Origin: Ginglymostoma cirratum
Lineage: Eukaryota
DNA length: 64,000 nt
Reading direction: 5' to 3'
Assembly (NCBI GenBank): GCA_024137785.1
Contig: JAHRHZ010000268.1
Coordinates: 7,913,485 to 7,977,484, forward strand
In this document: piece after piece, positions 37,601-48,716 of the stretch
Layout of the letters: each line of letters starts with the position of its first letter
Position numbering within the stretch: the first letter of the stretch is position 1
Program-made: the position numbers and the translations under genes
The notes under the pieces: model-generated
The model's database searches: none
The model's input: only the letters and a program-made list of their open reading frames with translations
Told to the model about the DNA's origin: nothing

Positions 37601-37924
37601 AGCATCAATACCGCACAGCCAATCAGCTCCCCCGATTCTTTTGCATAAATCATTTGTGTCACTGACATTTATTGACGAAAACACTGTTAAGTGGGTGTCA
37701 TATAAAACAAAAAAAAACAATGTTTCCATTCAGGATTGATTAATCTGCTGTGACCAGCTGGTGGTTATCAGATAAACAAAGTCCAACATAACTTGAAATA
37801 TTGACATTGTTCATGGTGGTTTGGAGGGTACAAGAGAAGTTAGAGTGAGAATTTGGGAAAGATCATTGGTGTCAGGGAAATCTGGCATGAGAAATGGAGG
37901 ATAGGGACAGGAATTCAGTGGTGT

Positions 37925-39200
37925 GAGCCTTTTGTGCCATTTCTTCGTATTAAAACTGATTCCTAACTTACCTCCATTTCTCCAGCAATGCTTCAAATCA
38001 TTTCAGAATAGAAACTATCAATATCAGTCTTTTAAATCCCAATTGAGGCAGCTTCCCCAGCCATTTAGGGCTGAGAGCTCCAAATTTTTACACCTTTTAT
38101 GTCAAACTGAGTGATCTGCACTTACTGATTACTTACATACTTTCTCCTTTCTTATATAATGTGATGATATTTCCAGTCTTCCAGTGAAAAGACAACATTC
38201 CTGAGTCGTGAGAGTTTTTAATGTATATAGAACCTTGGAAAAATTGCACCTTGGGAAAAAGAATATAGGCATGGACTATTTTCTGAACGGTGAGAAAATT
38301 CATAAAGTTGAAGTACAAAGGGATCTGGAAGTGCTAGTCCAGGATTCTCTAAAGGTTAACTTGCAGGTTGAGTCTGTGATGAAGAACACGAATGGAATGT
38401 TGTCATTTATCTCAAGAGGGTTGGAATACAAAAGCAGCGATGTATTTCTGAGAGTTTATAAAGCTCTAGTTAGGCCCCATTTAGAATACTGTGTCCAATT
38501 TTGGGCCCCACACCTCAGGAAGGACATACTGGCACTGGAGCGTGTCCAGCGGAGATTCACACGGATGATCCCTGGAATGGTAGGCCTAACATACGATGAA
38601 CTGCTGAGGATCCTGGGATTGTATTCATTAGAGTTTAGAAGGTTGAGGGGAGATCTAATAGAAACTTACAAGATAATGCATGGCTTAGAAAGGGTGGACG
38701 CTGGGAAGTTGTTTCCATTAGGTGGGGATACTAGGACCCGTGGGCACAACCTTAGAATTAGAGGGGGTCAATTTAGATCAGAAATGAGGAGACATTTCTT
38801 CAGCCAGAGAGTGGTGGGCCTGTGGAATTCATTACCACGAAGCACAGTGGAGGCCGGGACGTTGAATGTCTTCAAGGCAGAGATTGATAAATTCTTGATC
38901 TCGCAAGGAATCAAGGGCTACGGGGGGAGTACGGATAAGTGAAGTTGAAATGCCCATCAGCCGTGATTAAATGATGGAGTGGACTCGATGGGCCGAATGG
39001 CCTTACTTCCACTCCTATGTCTTATGGTCTTATGGTCTTATAGAACACAGCTATTTCTCTTTATACTCCGTGGAACCATCAGGTTCTGGAAATTTGTCTA
39101 TCATATTTTCTATATTAACATACCATTATCTCCAGTTAATCCACTAAATTCAAACTTTTAATTTATTTTAGGTTCCTTTCTACCCACTGATGCTTTTCCT
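37925..39200 (-). mobile_element. Old CR1 LINE remnant (host of the younger CR1)
   Basis: Minus translation IKNSHDSGMLSFHWKTGNIITLYKKG before the insert and DKFPEPDG-like sequence at about 39075-39100 after it. Confidence 0.6.
38234..39038 (+). mobile_element. Young 5'-truncated CR1 LINE with open ORF2 C-terminus
   Basis: Uninterrupted frame 38208-38942 (YKALVRPHLEYCVQFWAP...RRLRGDLIETYKIM...FFSQRVVGLWNSLP), CTTATGGT tandem tail, and TSD TATAGAAC at 38226-38233 and 39039-39046. Confidence 0.95.
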
Positions 39201-40089
39201 CTTCAGAAAACGAGGCTTCTATTTTCAAGGAAATAACATATTGGAGAAAGACAACGGATGTCTCACATGCTTATAAATACACACACACAGTCTTAGTCTT
39301 GGCTACAACTATGACCATGTGGCATTCCTTTCTTTGTGACAGCCAGTATTTATTAACCGGTGAGCCATATTGGGGATGATTCCACTCGTTTGGAATGTCT
39401 AAAATGTGTATCTATTTCCCACTTTCTTAGAATAAATGTGATCACCCTGCTTGAATTATAGGACCTCTTCAACAGTAAATTGTGCTGAACCCCATTGGGA
39501 TACCACAAGTAGGTTCAGTGCCTACGGGCTATGGCGGGAGTTAACTAACCAGCTCTCCCACTCCTGCGGTAATCTTTGCTGTATCAAGATGCTACTGAAC
39601 GTTGGTGGCAATGATTTTCTTCGGCAACATTTTCAATAAATGGAACAAGACTTCCTAAGGGCAGTATTTGCAGTGAAATCGTAAATACATTGAGAGGAAC
39701 GTGCTTATAATTTTGCTGACAAAATCAACCAGAGAAAAACCTTGTCTTTATTTAGGATGCCATCATGCATAGTGACAGGAGGCAATTTTCCCCACAGCTA
39801 CAGACGGTGATGAGATGCAGTGGTTAAAAATGAAAGTTGTGAATGCTGCTTCTCTTTCAGATTTCCATAATCATTGACCTGTAAACTTCAGTCCAACCTT
39901 TGTCCGCAATTTTTTTCCATGCAAGTTTAAACTTGTATTCCACCTTCCTACTGCAATCATTCTTTTTTTTTAAATTGCTGTGGGAAGGGGTAGGGGATAC
40001 AAAGAACCTTTGTATATTTCTCACTGGTAACAGTGTCCTCCCTGATTCAGAAGATTCTAGGTTCTATTTTCCATCCCACAGACGAGGTT

Positions 40090-40440
40090 GGCAAACTAGT
40101 GAAATGTCAAGGAACTGCTACACTGCTTGAGGTGCTGCTTTTGGATAAGATGATAAATAAGGACCCAGTGTGCCCTCTTCTTGGAGTGTAAAAGATACTC
40201 AGTTTCAAGGTTAGAAAAGGGGCATTCTGCTTTCTCTCCTGGCCACTATTTTTTTCCCTCACCTTCTAAAATCTCATTTCCTTTTATCACGTTGTTGGAG
40301 CTCACAATGCACAAATTGGTTGCTGTTTGCTGACATTGCAACAGGTTACACTTCAGCAAAGTACTTAATTGACTGTAAAAATGTTTTGAGACATGCCAAA
40401 GTCATGAAGGATGCAATTTAAATGATCTCCCTTTTTCCTT
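40090..40440 (+). mobile_element. Deu-domain SINE, decayed
   Basis: GAGGTGCTGCTTTTGGATAAGATG...TGCACAAATTGGTTGCTG...ACTTAATTGACTGTAAAA. Confidence 0.65.
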
Positions 40441-42444
40441 TAGACAGTGACCAATTATTTGATCACAGTGGCCTCACGGCAAATTAAGAACAGACGTGGG
40501 ACTAGCAACCGACCTGGAAAAGGGAAAGAAATATTCTGGGATGTTTCATCACATGACCTCCAATCACCTCTGCCATTCAGTCCTTAACTCCACGTTTTAA
40601 AAAAAAACTGGTGTTTTGAAATGAAATGCAACATTTCTTTGTTAATTGCTCCATGATATTTCTCCTAGGTTGCTCACAACATTGTCCAGGAGATTATATT
40701 TCAATTCATGGAGACTCCTACAAACTCATGGAAGATGGAAGCCCTCGACCTGGGACATAGCTAGTTATTATGTCCCAGACCCACACCAGGCAGTGAACCT
40801 GTCTCCTAAAGGGATCAATACATTTCTTCATTGAATGGTGCTTGCAAGATAAATGGAAAGCTGAAGTATTGGAGCTGTTGGTAACAGATGCTTCTTTGCC
40901 CTTGGCCACAAATGCTTGTTTTCCGTCCCACCCGCTCTGCCAGCTGATTTCCTGTAATCCTTTCCTGAAGAGCTGCAAAGTGGGATTGAAAATAATGTAC
41001 AGAATTGGGGATAAGAAAACATATTAACCTTGTTACATATTAAATTCAGAAACTTCTACTGGAGCCCTGAAAGGATTGCACACTAATCCTGAAAGTGATA
41101 TATTACTTCTCTCAGTTATTAGCTGTGCTGCCCCAGAGTATAAAAGTAAGAACCGACAGTTACACTGACTTTTCCTGTCCAACGTCTTCAGTTATTTTGT
41201 TTCCTTTCCCCTTGTTGCAGGTTATGTGGCATTCACCAAAGTAGCAACCTGCTTCCAGGCCGCTACTGCTGATGGAGGAGAAAAATGAGACTGATTAAGG
41301 TGACTTGCCTCCTACTCTGAAGGATAATATCGAGCCTCTTCTGAATGCCATCCCCACCTCTCCTAAAGCGCTGCTGAAATTTCCTGTATGCATTGTTCCA
41401 TAGGCCTGCATTAACAGAGATCCCCAAACTTTTCCTCTGACAATCCCAAAGGTCCCACCTTCCCCTTTGGGAGACTCAGTCCTCCCCAAAGTGTGTGCCT
41501 CGAATTGAGTCATTACATCAAGGCCATTTGGCCCATCAACTCAGCAGCAATATGCACAGAATGAGGTCCATTAGCAAAAGTCTTCAAGTCAGCATGAAGT
41601 CAGGCAATGTTAGTGAACTTTGTCATCAACTGTACCACAAAAAGAGAGTGTCAGAATTTTTATATATATTATCGCTGCACAGAATTTACTTCCCGCTCAC
41701 CAGGTGGAGGGCTATCAACAAAACCATAATGCTTTTACAAAAACAGTACCAAACTGCTGATATCAGGGGAGCCTCTCTTTCCACAGCTGCTGTGGAAAAC
41801 TACTGCTACTCTTAGCCTAATCAACCTCATGATCAGTTAAATTCTTATCAAGCTGTAACCTGGTTTAATAATGGGCGGTTTTATACATGACGACTGTGTA
41901 AAAATTGCTCATTGAGTCAAGATCCAGGAAATTCCTCCCTCACAACATTGTCAGAACACGTTTGACGTACAGAATATGTGTATTCACCAAGAAAGTCTCT
42001 CACTTCTCTGGATAGCTTTGAATGGTCAATGAAGTTTTACCAGTGAAATAATAATCCAAGCTTGCTCTGAAATTATATATATAATATATATGTATGGCCA
42101 GCAACATTGCATTCTTCTTGCAGTTGAGGCTGTTCTGTGATTATTGAACTGGGAACTCTAGCAATGCAAGTGATTTTTTCTGTTTGGATTCAATCTGACT
42201 ATAATATTTGTTGTTGCATAACATTGGCTTGTGTATTCTTGAGGATTGGGGATCAAGGGGGTCACCTTGATCGTGGTGTTTAAAATTTGAAAAACACTTG
42301 ATCAGGTAAATATACACCAATTGTTTCTTCTCATGGAAAGTGAAAAGCAATCAGAAACCATTTTCAAATTAGAATTAGGCGATTCAAGATCAACATCAGA
42401 TAATAACTGTACACATCTGCCCAAGTTTCTATCTTTTTTTTAAT

Positions 42445-43190
42445 ATGGTGGGCAGATAGTAGTCCAGACCTCAGGCTACTATTCGGGGGACTTGGGTTCA
42501 AATCCCGCCATGACATCTGCTGAAATTTGAATTCAACGCAAATCTGAAATAAAACGGTCATGAGGATAGATTGAAGAAGTTGGGACGGTTCTCCTTGAAC
42601 AGAAGAAGGCTGAGAGGAGATTTGATAGAATCATGAATGAGCAAGATAGGGTAGATAAGGGAAGCTGTTCTTGCTCGTAAAAACAAAGTCAAGAGAGCAC
42701 GGATTTGAAGTGATGTGCTGAAGAAGCAAGGGTAATGTGGCCAAAAGAAAGACTTTTTCACACAGCAAGCAGTTGACATATGGATTGCACTACCTGGAAA
42801 TGTGGTGGAGGTAGGTTCAATTGAGACATTCGCAAGGGTATTGGCTGATTATTTGGACTGAAATGGTGTGCAGGGATATGGGAAAAAAGCAGGAAATTGG
42901 CACTGGAAATGTGCAGTCATGATGAGCCCAGTGGCCCCATTTTGCACAACAATATAGTGATTCTTATGGCAACTATGTAACCACTGTTGATTATTGTGGA
43001 AACCCATTTGGTTCAATAATGGCTCCGATATCCTTTCAGGAAGGAAATCTGCCATCCTTACCTGGCCAACATGTGAGTCCTGACCCACAGCAGTGTGGTT
43101 GACTCTTATCTGCCCTCTGGGCAATTAGGGACGAGCAATAGATGCTGGCACAGCCAACGACTCCTACACCCCATGATCAAGTAAAATAAA
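42445..43190 (+). mobile_element. tRNA-derived SINE (second family) split by a CR1 3' fragment (about 42556-42960)
   Basis: Head GGGTTCAAATCCCGCC at about 42495; CR1 piece RRLRGDLIE...FFTQQAV; SINE resumes AAACCCATTTGGTTCA...GGGCAATTAGGGACGAGCAATA. Confidence 0.75.
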
Positions 43191-44354
43191 ACGACAAGTA
43201 ACTGTTGCCAAAAGGATTGACCTTGGCACACTATCTCAGAAACTCTGGCCCAGGAAATTACTGAACCACAATTATAATACCTGACTCATATCCACACCTG
43301 GCCAATTGCAGTTTACACTCACTGTCGTCTCTTCTTGATTATTCAATCCGCAATTATCAGAGGCTTAGTTACTATTTAAGACATTTGTCACATATTAACA
43401 GCATTGTAGCAACTTAATATAAACAAGAAGAGAGAGTTCAAACCCCCATTTCAGTGATCAAACAAGATTTTGGGCCCTTCTGAGAATGTACAGAAGTGTC
43501 ATGTAGTCCAAATACTTTGCATTCTCCAATTTTAAAAAAAGTCTTTTTGGTGTTTGCAAAAATTCTGAGTTATGTGGGAATACAACTGCTTGTAAAGACT
43601 GTGTGAAGAAGCAGCCTTAACATTATCCTGTGGTGTACCATGAGGAATTGGGGCCTACATTTCTTTCTGTCCATTGCCTATAAGGTCAGCTCTGATGTGT
43701 CACCATACTTTGGGGTGGGTGGTGGTGGTGGCTCTTTGGGTGAAAGATGGAGCAACTTAAGAAGCAAGAGCAAAGCAATCTAGCACTGTTTACATGCACC
43801 CCCTAGTGGGTAATGGCAGCAATGGCTTGGGAGAAGGTGAGCTGCCCCGACTCACTACAAGAATACTGTAGAGTTCATGAGTGAGGGAGATAGAAATGGG
43901 AAGAACAGGACAATGGTAAACATAGGGTCACCAAATGACTAGCAGTATGTTACACTGCCTTTGTTCATGTGTTCATGCCATCAATGCCAGTTGTGGATAT
44001 TCTCTGCATCTGGGCTGTTTGGTGGTGACACTGGGCTGACAGCTTCCACCATTGATTCATGTGTGTCATTCTTATGAGGGAAAGAATGAATTTAGTGCCA
44101 CTGATGTAATATCTAATTATCCAGAAACTGGCTGGAGTTTACAATCACACTGCCTCCAAATCTGTCTCTCTCACACACAGACACACTCACCATAAGAAAT
44201 AAAGCTTCTCTCCAAAAAGCTCCGCTGATTTGAAAAAAAAACGAAAGGCTTGCATTTATTTGATGCCTTTCATGACCTCAGGATGTTCCAAAGTGCTTTA
44301 GGACCAATTAATTGCCTGTTGAAGTGTAAATCACTGTTGTAATTCAGGACATTG

Positions 44355-44600
44355 CTCGGCTACACAGGCCAGGGAGGTCCTAGATTTGACCCCTGGTTTA
44401 TACTGACTTAATTCATTTGAGTCAGACAGTTCACTGCTTCCAATCCCTAGTGAGAAACATTGCAATGCTGTTTGTAGTAGAACAGATGACACTGTCTCAA
44501 TTTACACTTGAGAATTGATCACTTGGACATATTGCTGAAGCTCTACTGGCACTCACAGAGCTGAACCTAAGCAAGGACTCAATGCATTCAGGACAAGATG
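44355..44600 (+). mobile_element. Ancient tRNA-SINE, LF-SINE-like
   Basis: CAGGCCAGGGAGGTCCTAGATTTGACCCCTGGTTTATACTGA head and GGCACTCACAGAGCTGAACC...TTCAGGA distal block; family recalled from memory only. Confidence 0.4.
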
Positions 44601-45272
44601 TAGGGAGAAAATGATAATGAAACAAAAACCACTGAAGCAAATCCATATTACAAATTTAATTTTTAATTGATATACACACAAAGGACTAACACTGATGTGC
44701 AAGACCAACAGCTATATACAAGTCAAATAGCTTGTGAAAATATCTTTCCAGAAATATCTCCTTGCTTGGTGTTTTCAAGATGACTGTCAAAGCAAGCAAA
44801 CTGATTGATGTTAAACATGATAAAATGAAAAGAGAAGAAAAATAATGAGGCCAAGGTGCCAAGAGCTGGAGATTTTGGAATGCATTGTGAATTGTGGTAT
44901 AACTGTAGAGATTCTTCTGGCAAACATCCTATGCCAGCATAATAAATTGGTCCTCCAATTCTCTACACGTGAAGTCAATGCGAATGGGAAATTCAACCAT
45001 ACAAGCATTAAAATGTAGCAGTGAGGGGCAATGCAAGAGAAACGTTCCGATGTATCTTGCAGTGTCTAATGGGAGAGAGTGAGTGGCAGTTAGTGGGCAA
45101 CAAGACTGCAGGCCATCCACAATGCAGTTAGAAAACTGTGTATAGTGATTCAACGGGTCCTGGTCAAAAAAGTCCATTTTACTAGAGGCAATCTATAAAA
45201 AGAAATAATGGTTTCAAATGTATTCTGTGTTTCTGCTTTGTCTTCATTTACAAAAATGGATCTCCACTAGGT

Positions 45273-45424
45273 AAAAACTGAAAAAACTGCAGATGCTGGA
45301 AATCAGAACCAAAAACAGAAATAATTGGAAAAGATCAGCAGGTCTGGTGGCATCTTTGGAGAGAAATCAGAGCTAATGTTTCACGCCTGGTGACCCTTCC
45401 TCAGAACTCAGCAATTTCTATTTT
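45273..45424 (-). mobile_element. Family B PLE element
   Basis: Perfect 16-bp TSD TGGATCTCCACTAGGT at 45257-45272 and 45425-45440; minus strand AGTT-CTGAGGA-A-GGGTC...GAAACATT. Confidence 0.88.
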
Positions 45425-46114
45425 TGGATCTCCACTAGGTGCATGAGAGAAATTATAACATGCTGGAGATTTTTAGTTTATTTTTTCATGAAATGTGAGC
45501 ATTGCTACTTGGCCAGCATTATTATCCATCATAAGTTGGTGTTAAGAGGGTGATTTTTGAGCCACAGTGGGAATAAAGTGGGAAATTACCTTGTGTGGTG
45601 CCTATTACTACGCAAGAGTATGATGGATTTCACTCCGAAAGATTGTGAACTTGTCTGCAGCTCATGATTATGTCACAGTAACCATGGGAGCTTACAGCTT
45701 TCAGGTAGGGTGGGAAATGTGTGTATTATCAATATTTTTTAATCAACCTGTTCAGACAGCTATGACATCTCTAGAGAATGTGGGATTTGAACCCAGAACT
45801 TCTGGCCTCGAGGTAGGGATGCTTTCAGAAGAGCCCTCTGTGTGGGTATGATATGGAACAGAGTGGAAATACACTATTTGAGATTCTCTTGTCCGTTACT
45901 TTAAAAAAAAATATCCATTTACATAGCACCTATCACAGACTGAGGACACCGCATGTTGTTTCACTGACAGCACAGCATTTTATTTTGATCCTGCGACATA
46001 AATAAAGCTGGTTAAGAACCCAGGCTGGTCAGCAGAAAATAATTGGAGATTACGTCCTGGTGGATTCAATATCCCCGTGTCATTGAAGTTGATAAGAAGT
46101 CATCCTAAATGTGC

Positions 46115-46215
46115 AACATTAAATCTGTTTCTCTCTCCACAGATGCTGCCAGACCTGCTGAGTTTCTCCAGCATTCTCCACCTTTGTTGCAGATTTCTAG
46201 CATCAGCGCTATTTC
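46115..46215 (+). mobile_element. Family B PLE tail fragment
   Basis: AACATTAAATCTGTTTCTCTCTCCACAGATGCTGCCAGACCTGCTGAGTTTCTCCAGC. Confidence 0.7.
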
Positions 46216-46352
46216 ACTCCTGTTCCCCATGTTAGTGGCCTACCGCACATTCTCGATTGGCTGTCTGATGGTTTCAGGAGCTCCGCCTCAAGTTCAGAGA
46301 ATTCCTGTCCTAAACCGCTCGGTTTCCTCCTTCCATCCCTCCTTGATACTTA

Positions 46353-46488
46353 GGAGCAAATCACTGCAGATGCTGGAATCTGTACTGAAAGCAAAACAAC
46401 AAATGCTGGAGATCACAGCAGATCAGATAGTATCCATGGAGAGACAGCAAGCTCACGTTTTGAGTCTAGATGACTCTTCATCAGAACT
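46353..46488 (-). mobile_element. PLE short element (family B-related variant) with hammerhead motif
   Basis: Minus strand AGTT-CTGATGA-A-GAGTC-ATCTA-GACTC-AAAAC-GTG-AGCT; stem II has compensatory changes relative to GGGTC/GACCC. Confidence 0.75.
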
Positions 46489-46947
46489 TTAAACTTCATA
46501 TCCTTAGGTCTCTGGTGAGAACCCTATTGATAACACTAAAATGCTAAGCGTGCCAAATAGACATGACAGTAAGACAGATGGCTACTGTCCTGCTTCACAC
46601 GTGGAATATTTTATGTTTTAACCCAGCGATTTTCAAATTTGCAACATTTCCATTCCTGCTGTTTATCCTGGTTGGAACATATTGTTTGGTGTGCAAACTG
46701 CATGGAAGATCGCCTCGACCTGAAACCTTCGACTTTCCACAGACGCGTCAAAATCTCGTCCTCCTGGCTGAGCGTTCCCCACTACGTTTTCGGTTCCCAC
46801 CTGGTTGCGAGGCTTTTGTCTCGGGGAATAATTTCTGCCCTCTGCACCGTCGATCTAATACATACATACAACCACATTTTACCTAGTTGAAGGCTGCCTG
46901 GGTGCAAGGTTCAGAACCAGGAGCAAAGCAGTTTGCCACTTTACAAC

Positions 46948-46985
46948 GGTTCTGAGGAAGGGTCGCTGGACCCGAAACGTTAACT
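46948..46985 (+). ncRNA. Minimal type-I hammerhead ribozyme motif (intact fold), head of family B element 46948-47070
   Basis: GGUU (stem I) CUGAGGA A GGGUC-GCUG-GACCC (stem II) GAAAC GUU / AACU (stem I'). Palindromic AACGUU at helix III; predicted cleavage after 46981. Activity untested. Confidence 0.7.
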
Positions 46986-47099
46986 CTTGATTTCTGTCCA
47001 CAGACGCTGCCGGACCTGCTGAGCTTTTCCAGCAATTCCTAATTTACAGCATCCGCAGTTCTTGTGGTTTCCAGTTAACAATGGTCTGCAATTCACTCT

Positions 47100-47830
47100 C
47101 TCCCTTTGTGTGTGAGAGAAAGACACACACACACACACACAAAGTATCAGAAAGGGAGAGAGCTCGAACAGTCTTGCCTAAACAAACTGTCTGTGGGAGA
47201 GGGGTGTGCGTGTGTTGTAATTTTCCCGCAAGCTCGGAGCGGCCGTGGATAGCAACCTAAGTGTTGGTCTTTGCTATTGCTTCCTCCCCCTTTGGCTCTC
47301 TCTCTTGTTCCTTTCTCTCTCTCTCTCTCTCTCTCTCCCCTATCAGGTTGAAGCTGGGGATGTGAATGTGTGGTCGCTGTGCATGCTGGGCTCAGATTGC
47401 AGACACACACAGAGACAGAGAGAATGGTGGTACTGTTCGTGTTTCTAGTGTAGATCGGAGCTGCAGGAGGAGAGAGGAGGGAGGGAGAGAGAGAGAGGCA
47501 GAGGGAGAGATGCTGCCTTGTCTGAAGTCTGGCTCTGTCTGAGCCGCCACTCTCTCCTCCCTCTCCCTCCCCTTCTCTCAGGTCAGTTTCACTCTGGTTA
47601 CTTTCAGCGACGTTGTAACCAACGCATCACAGCCCTGGCCACGCCGGGAGAGTGCAGTTTGATAATCTTTCTCCTGTATTCCCCTCCGCCCAAGAGGAAG
47701 AAGAGGAAGAAAAAAAGAAGCCAGGCTCTGGAGGGGGTAAGCATTTGCTAGCAAGTTTGGGGGGGAAAGAGAGAGAGAGGAAAACAAAAAGCCTGCCTTT
47801 CTCTGCATCTCCTCAGTGAGATGGTAACCC
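47100..47830 (+). promoter_or_regulatory. Putative HS6ST1 promoter / 5' UTR region
   Basis: GC/CpG-richer than flanks, free of recognisable TEs, with (CA)n, (CT)n and (GA)n tracts, immediately upstream of the first coding exon; TSS not determinable. Confidence 0.55.
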
Positions 47831-48354
47831 ATGAAGCTCACTGTCAGGAACATGGTTGAAAGGACCAACAAATTCATTCTGATTATTGCTGGCTCCGCAA
47901 TTTTCATGATAATCATTTTCCAGTACGTGTGCCCGGGGACCAACTGCAGGATCTCGGCACCCCGGGGTTTCCAACACGAGCAGGAGGCAGTGGATATATT
48001 CCCAACGCCCGACCCGCACTACCTGAAGAAGTATTACTTCCCGGCGCTGGATCTGGACAGGACGGTGGATTTTGACATCAAAGGCGACGACGTGATCGTC
48101 TTCTTGCACATCCAGAAGACCGGCGGCACCACCTTCGGCCGGCACCTGGTGCAGAACGTCAAGCTGGAGGTGCCGTGCGAGTGCAGGGCCGGCCAGAAGA
48201 AGTGTACGTGCTACCGACCCAACCGCAAGGAGACCTGGCTCTTCTCAAGGTTCTCCACCGGCTGGAGCTGCGGTTTACACGCCGACTGGACCGAGCTGAC
48301 CAACTGTGTGCCCGGAGTGCTGAACAAGAAGGAAAGCAAGAACAGAACTCCCAG
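47831..48354 (+). CDS. HS6ST1: Heparan-sulfate 6-O-sulfotransferase 1, coding exon 1 (partial CDS)
   Basis: MVERTNKF N-terminus, TM segment ILIIAGSAIFMIIIF, FPTPDPHYLKKYYFP, PAPS-binding VFLHIQKTGGTTFGRHL, WLFSRFSTGWSCGLHADWTELTNCVP, ending RTPR. The MVER..KF start and RTPR end match HS6ST1 rather than HS6ST2/3. Phase-2 donor CAG|GTAGGC at 48354/48355. Alternative in-frame ATG at 47852. Confidence 0.95.
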
Positions 48355-48530
48355 GTAGGCGAGGCTCGCTCTCACTTTACACTCACTCACTAACATAAGC
48401 TGCACCGGGAGGTTTGTTTGTTTATTAATTAATTCTAGTTCCTCTCTGCCTTGCTCGCAGCAGAGCGTCCGATCTTTCGCTTTGACTGGGTCTCCAACAC
48501 TACCCCCCCCCCCCACCCCCCGTGCGTCTC
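47920..48530. promoter_or_regulatory. CpG-island-like segment over exon 1
   Basis: Dense CG dinucleotides compared with the CpG-depleted remainder of the window. Confidence 0.65.
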
Positions 48531-48691
48531 TGTGTGTGTGTGTGTAAGTTGTGATTTCTATCCAAGGCCTTATGGTTAAGGCAAACTTTTCTTTTCGTTT
48601 TTGAACACATTGCTATGGAACCATAGTCCCTGGCCGGTTGAAATCCGACGGAATTGGTTCACCAAATCATCTGTGACATACCCAGACAGCC

Positions 48692-48716
48692 GGTTCAGTT
48701 CAGTTCAGTTCAGTTC
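48692..48716. repeat. (GTTCA)n pentanucleotide microsatellite
   Basis: GGTTCAGTTCAGTTCAGTTCAGTTC. Confidence 0.9.

Noticed and set aside
38208-38942. 244-aa ORF as a host gene
   Set aside because: It is the C-terminal part of CR1 ORF2 with a LINE tail and TSD, and has no genuine start.
48355-48358. Stop codon making HS6ST1 a 175-aa truncated protein or pseudogene
   Set aside because: The TAG lies inside the GTAG splice donor at the exon 1 boundary; the gene continues in a downstream exon outside the window.
47578-48516. Antisense ORFs over HS6ST1 exon 1
   Set aside because: Expected shadow ORFs of a GC-rich coding exon.
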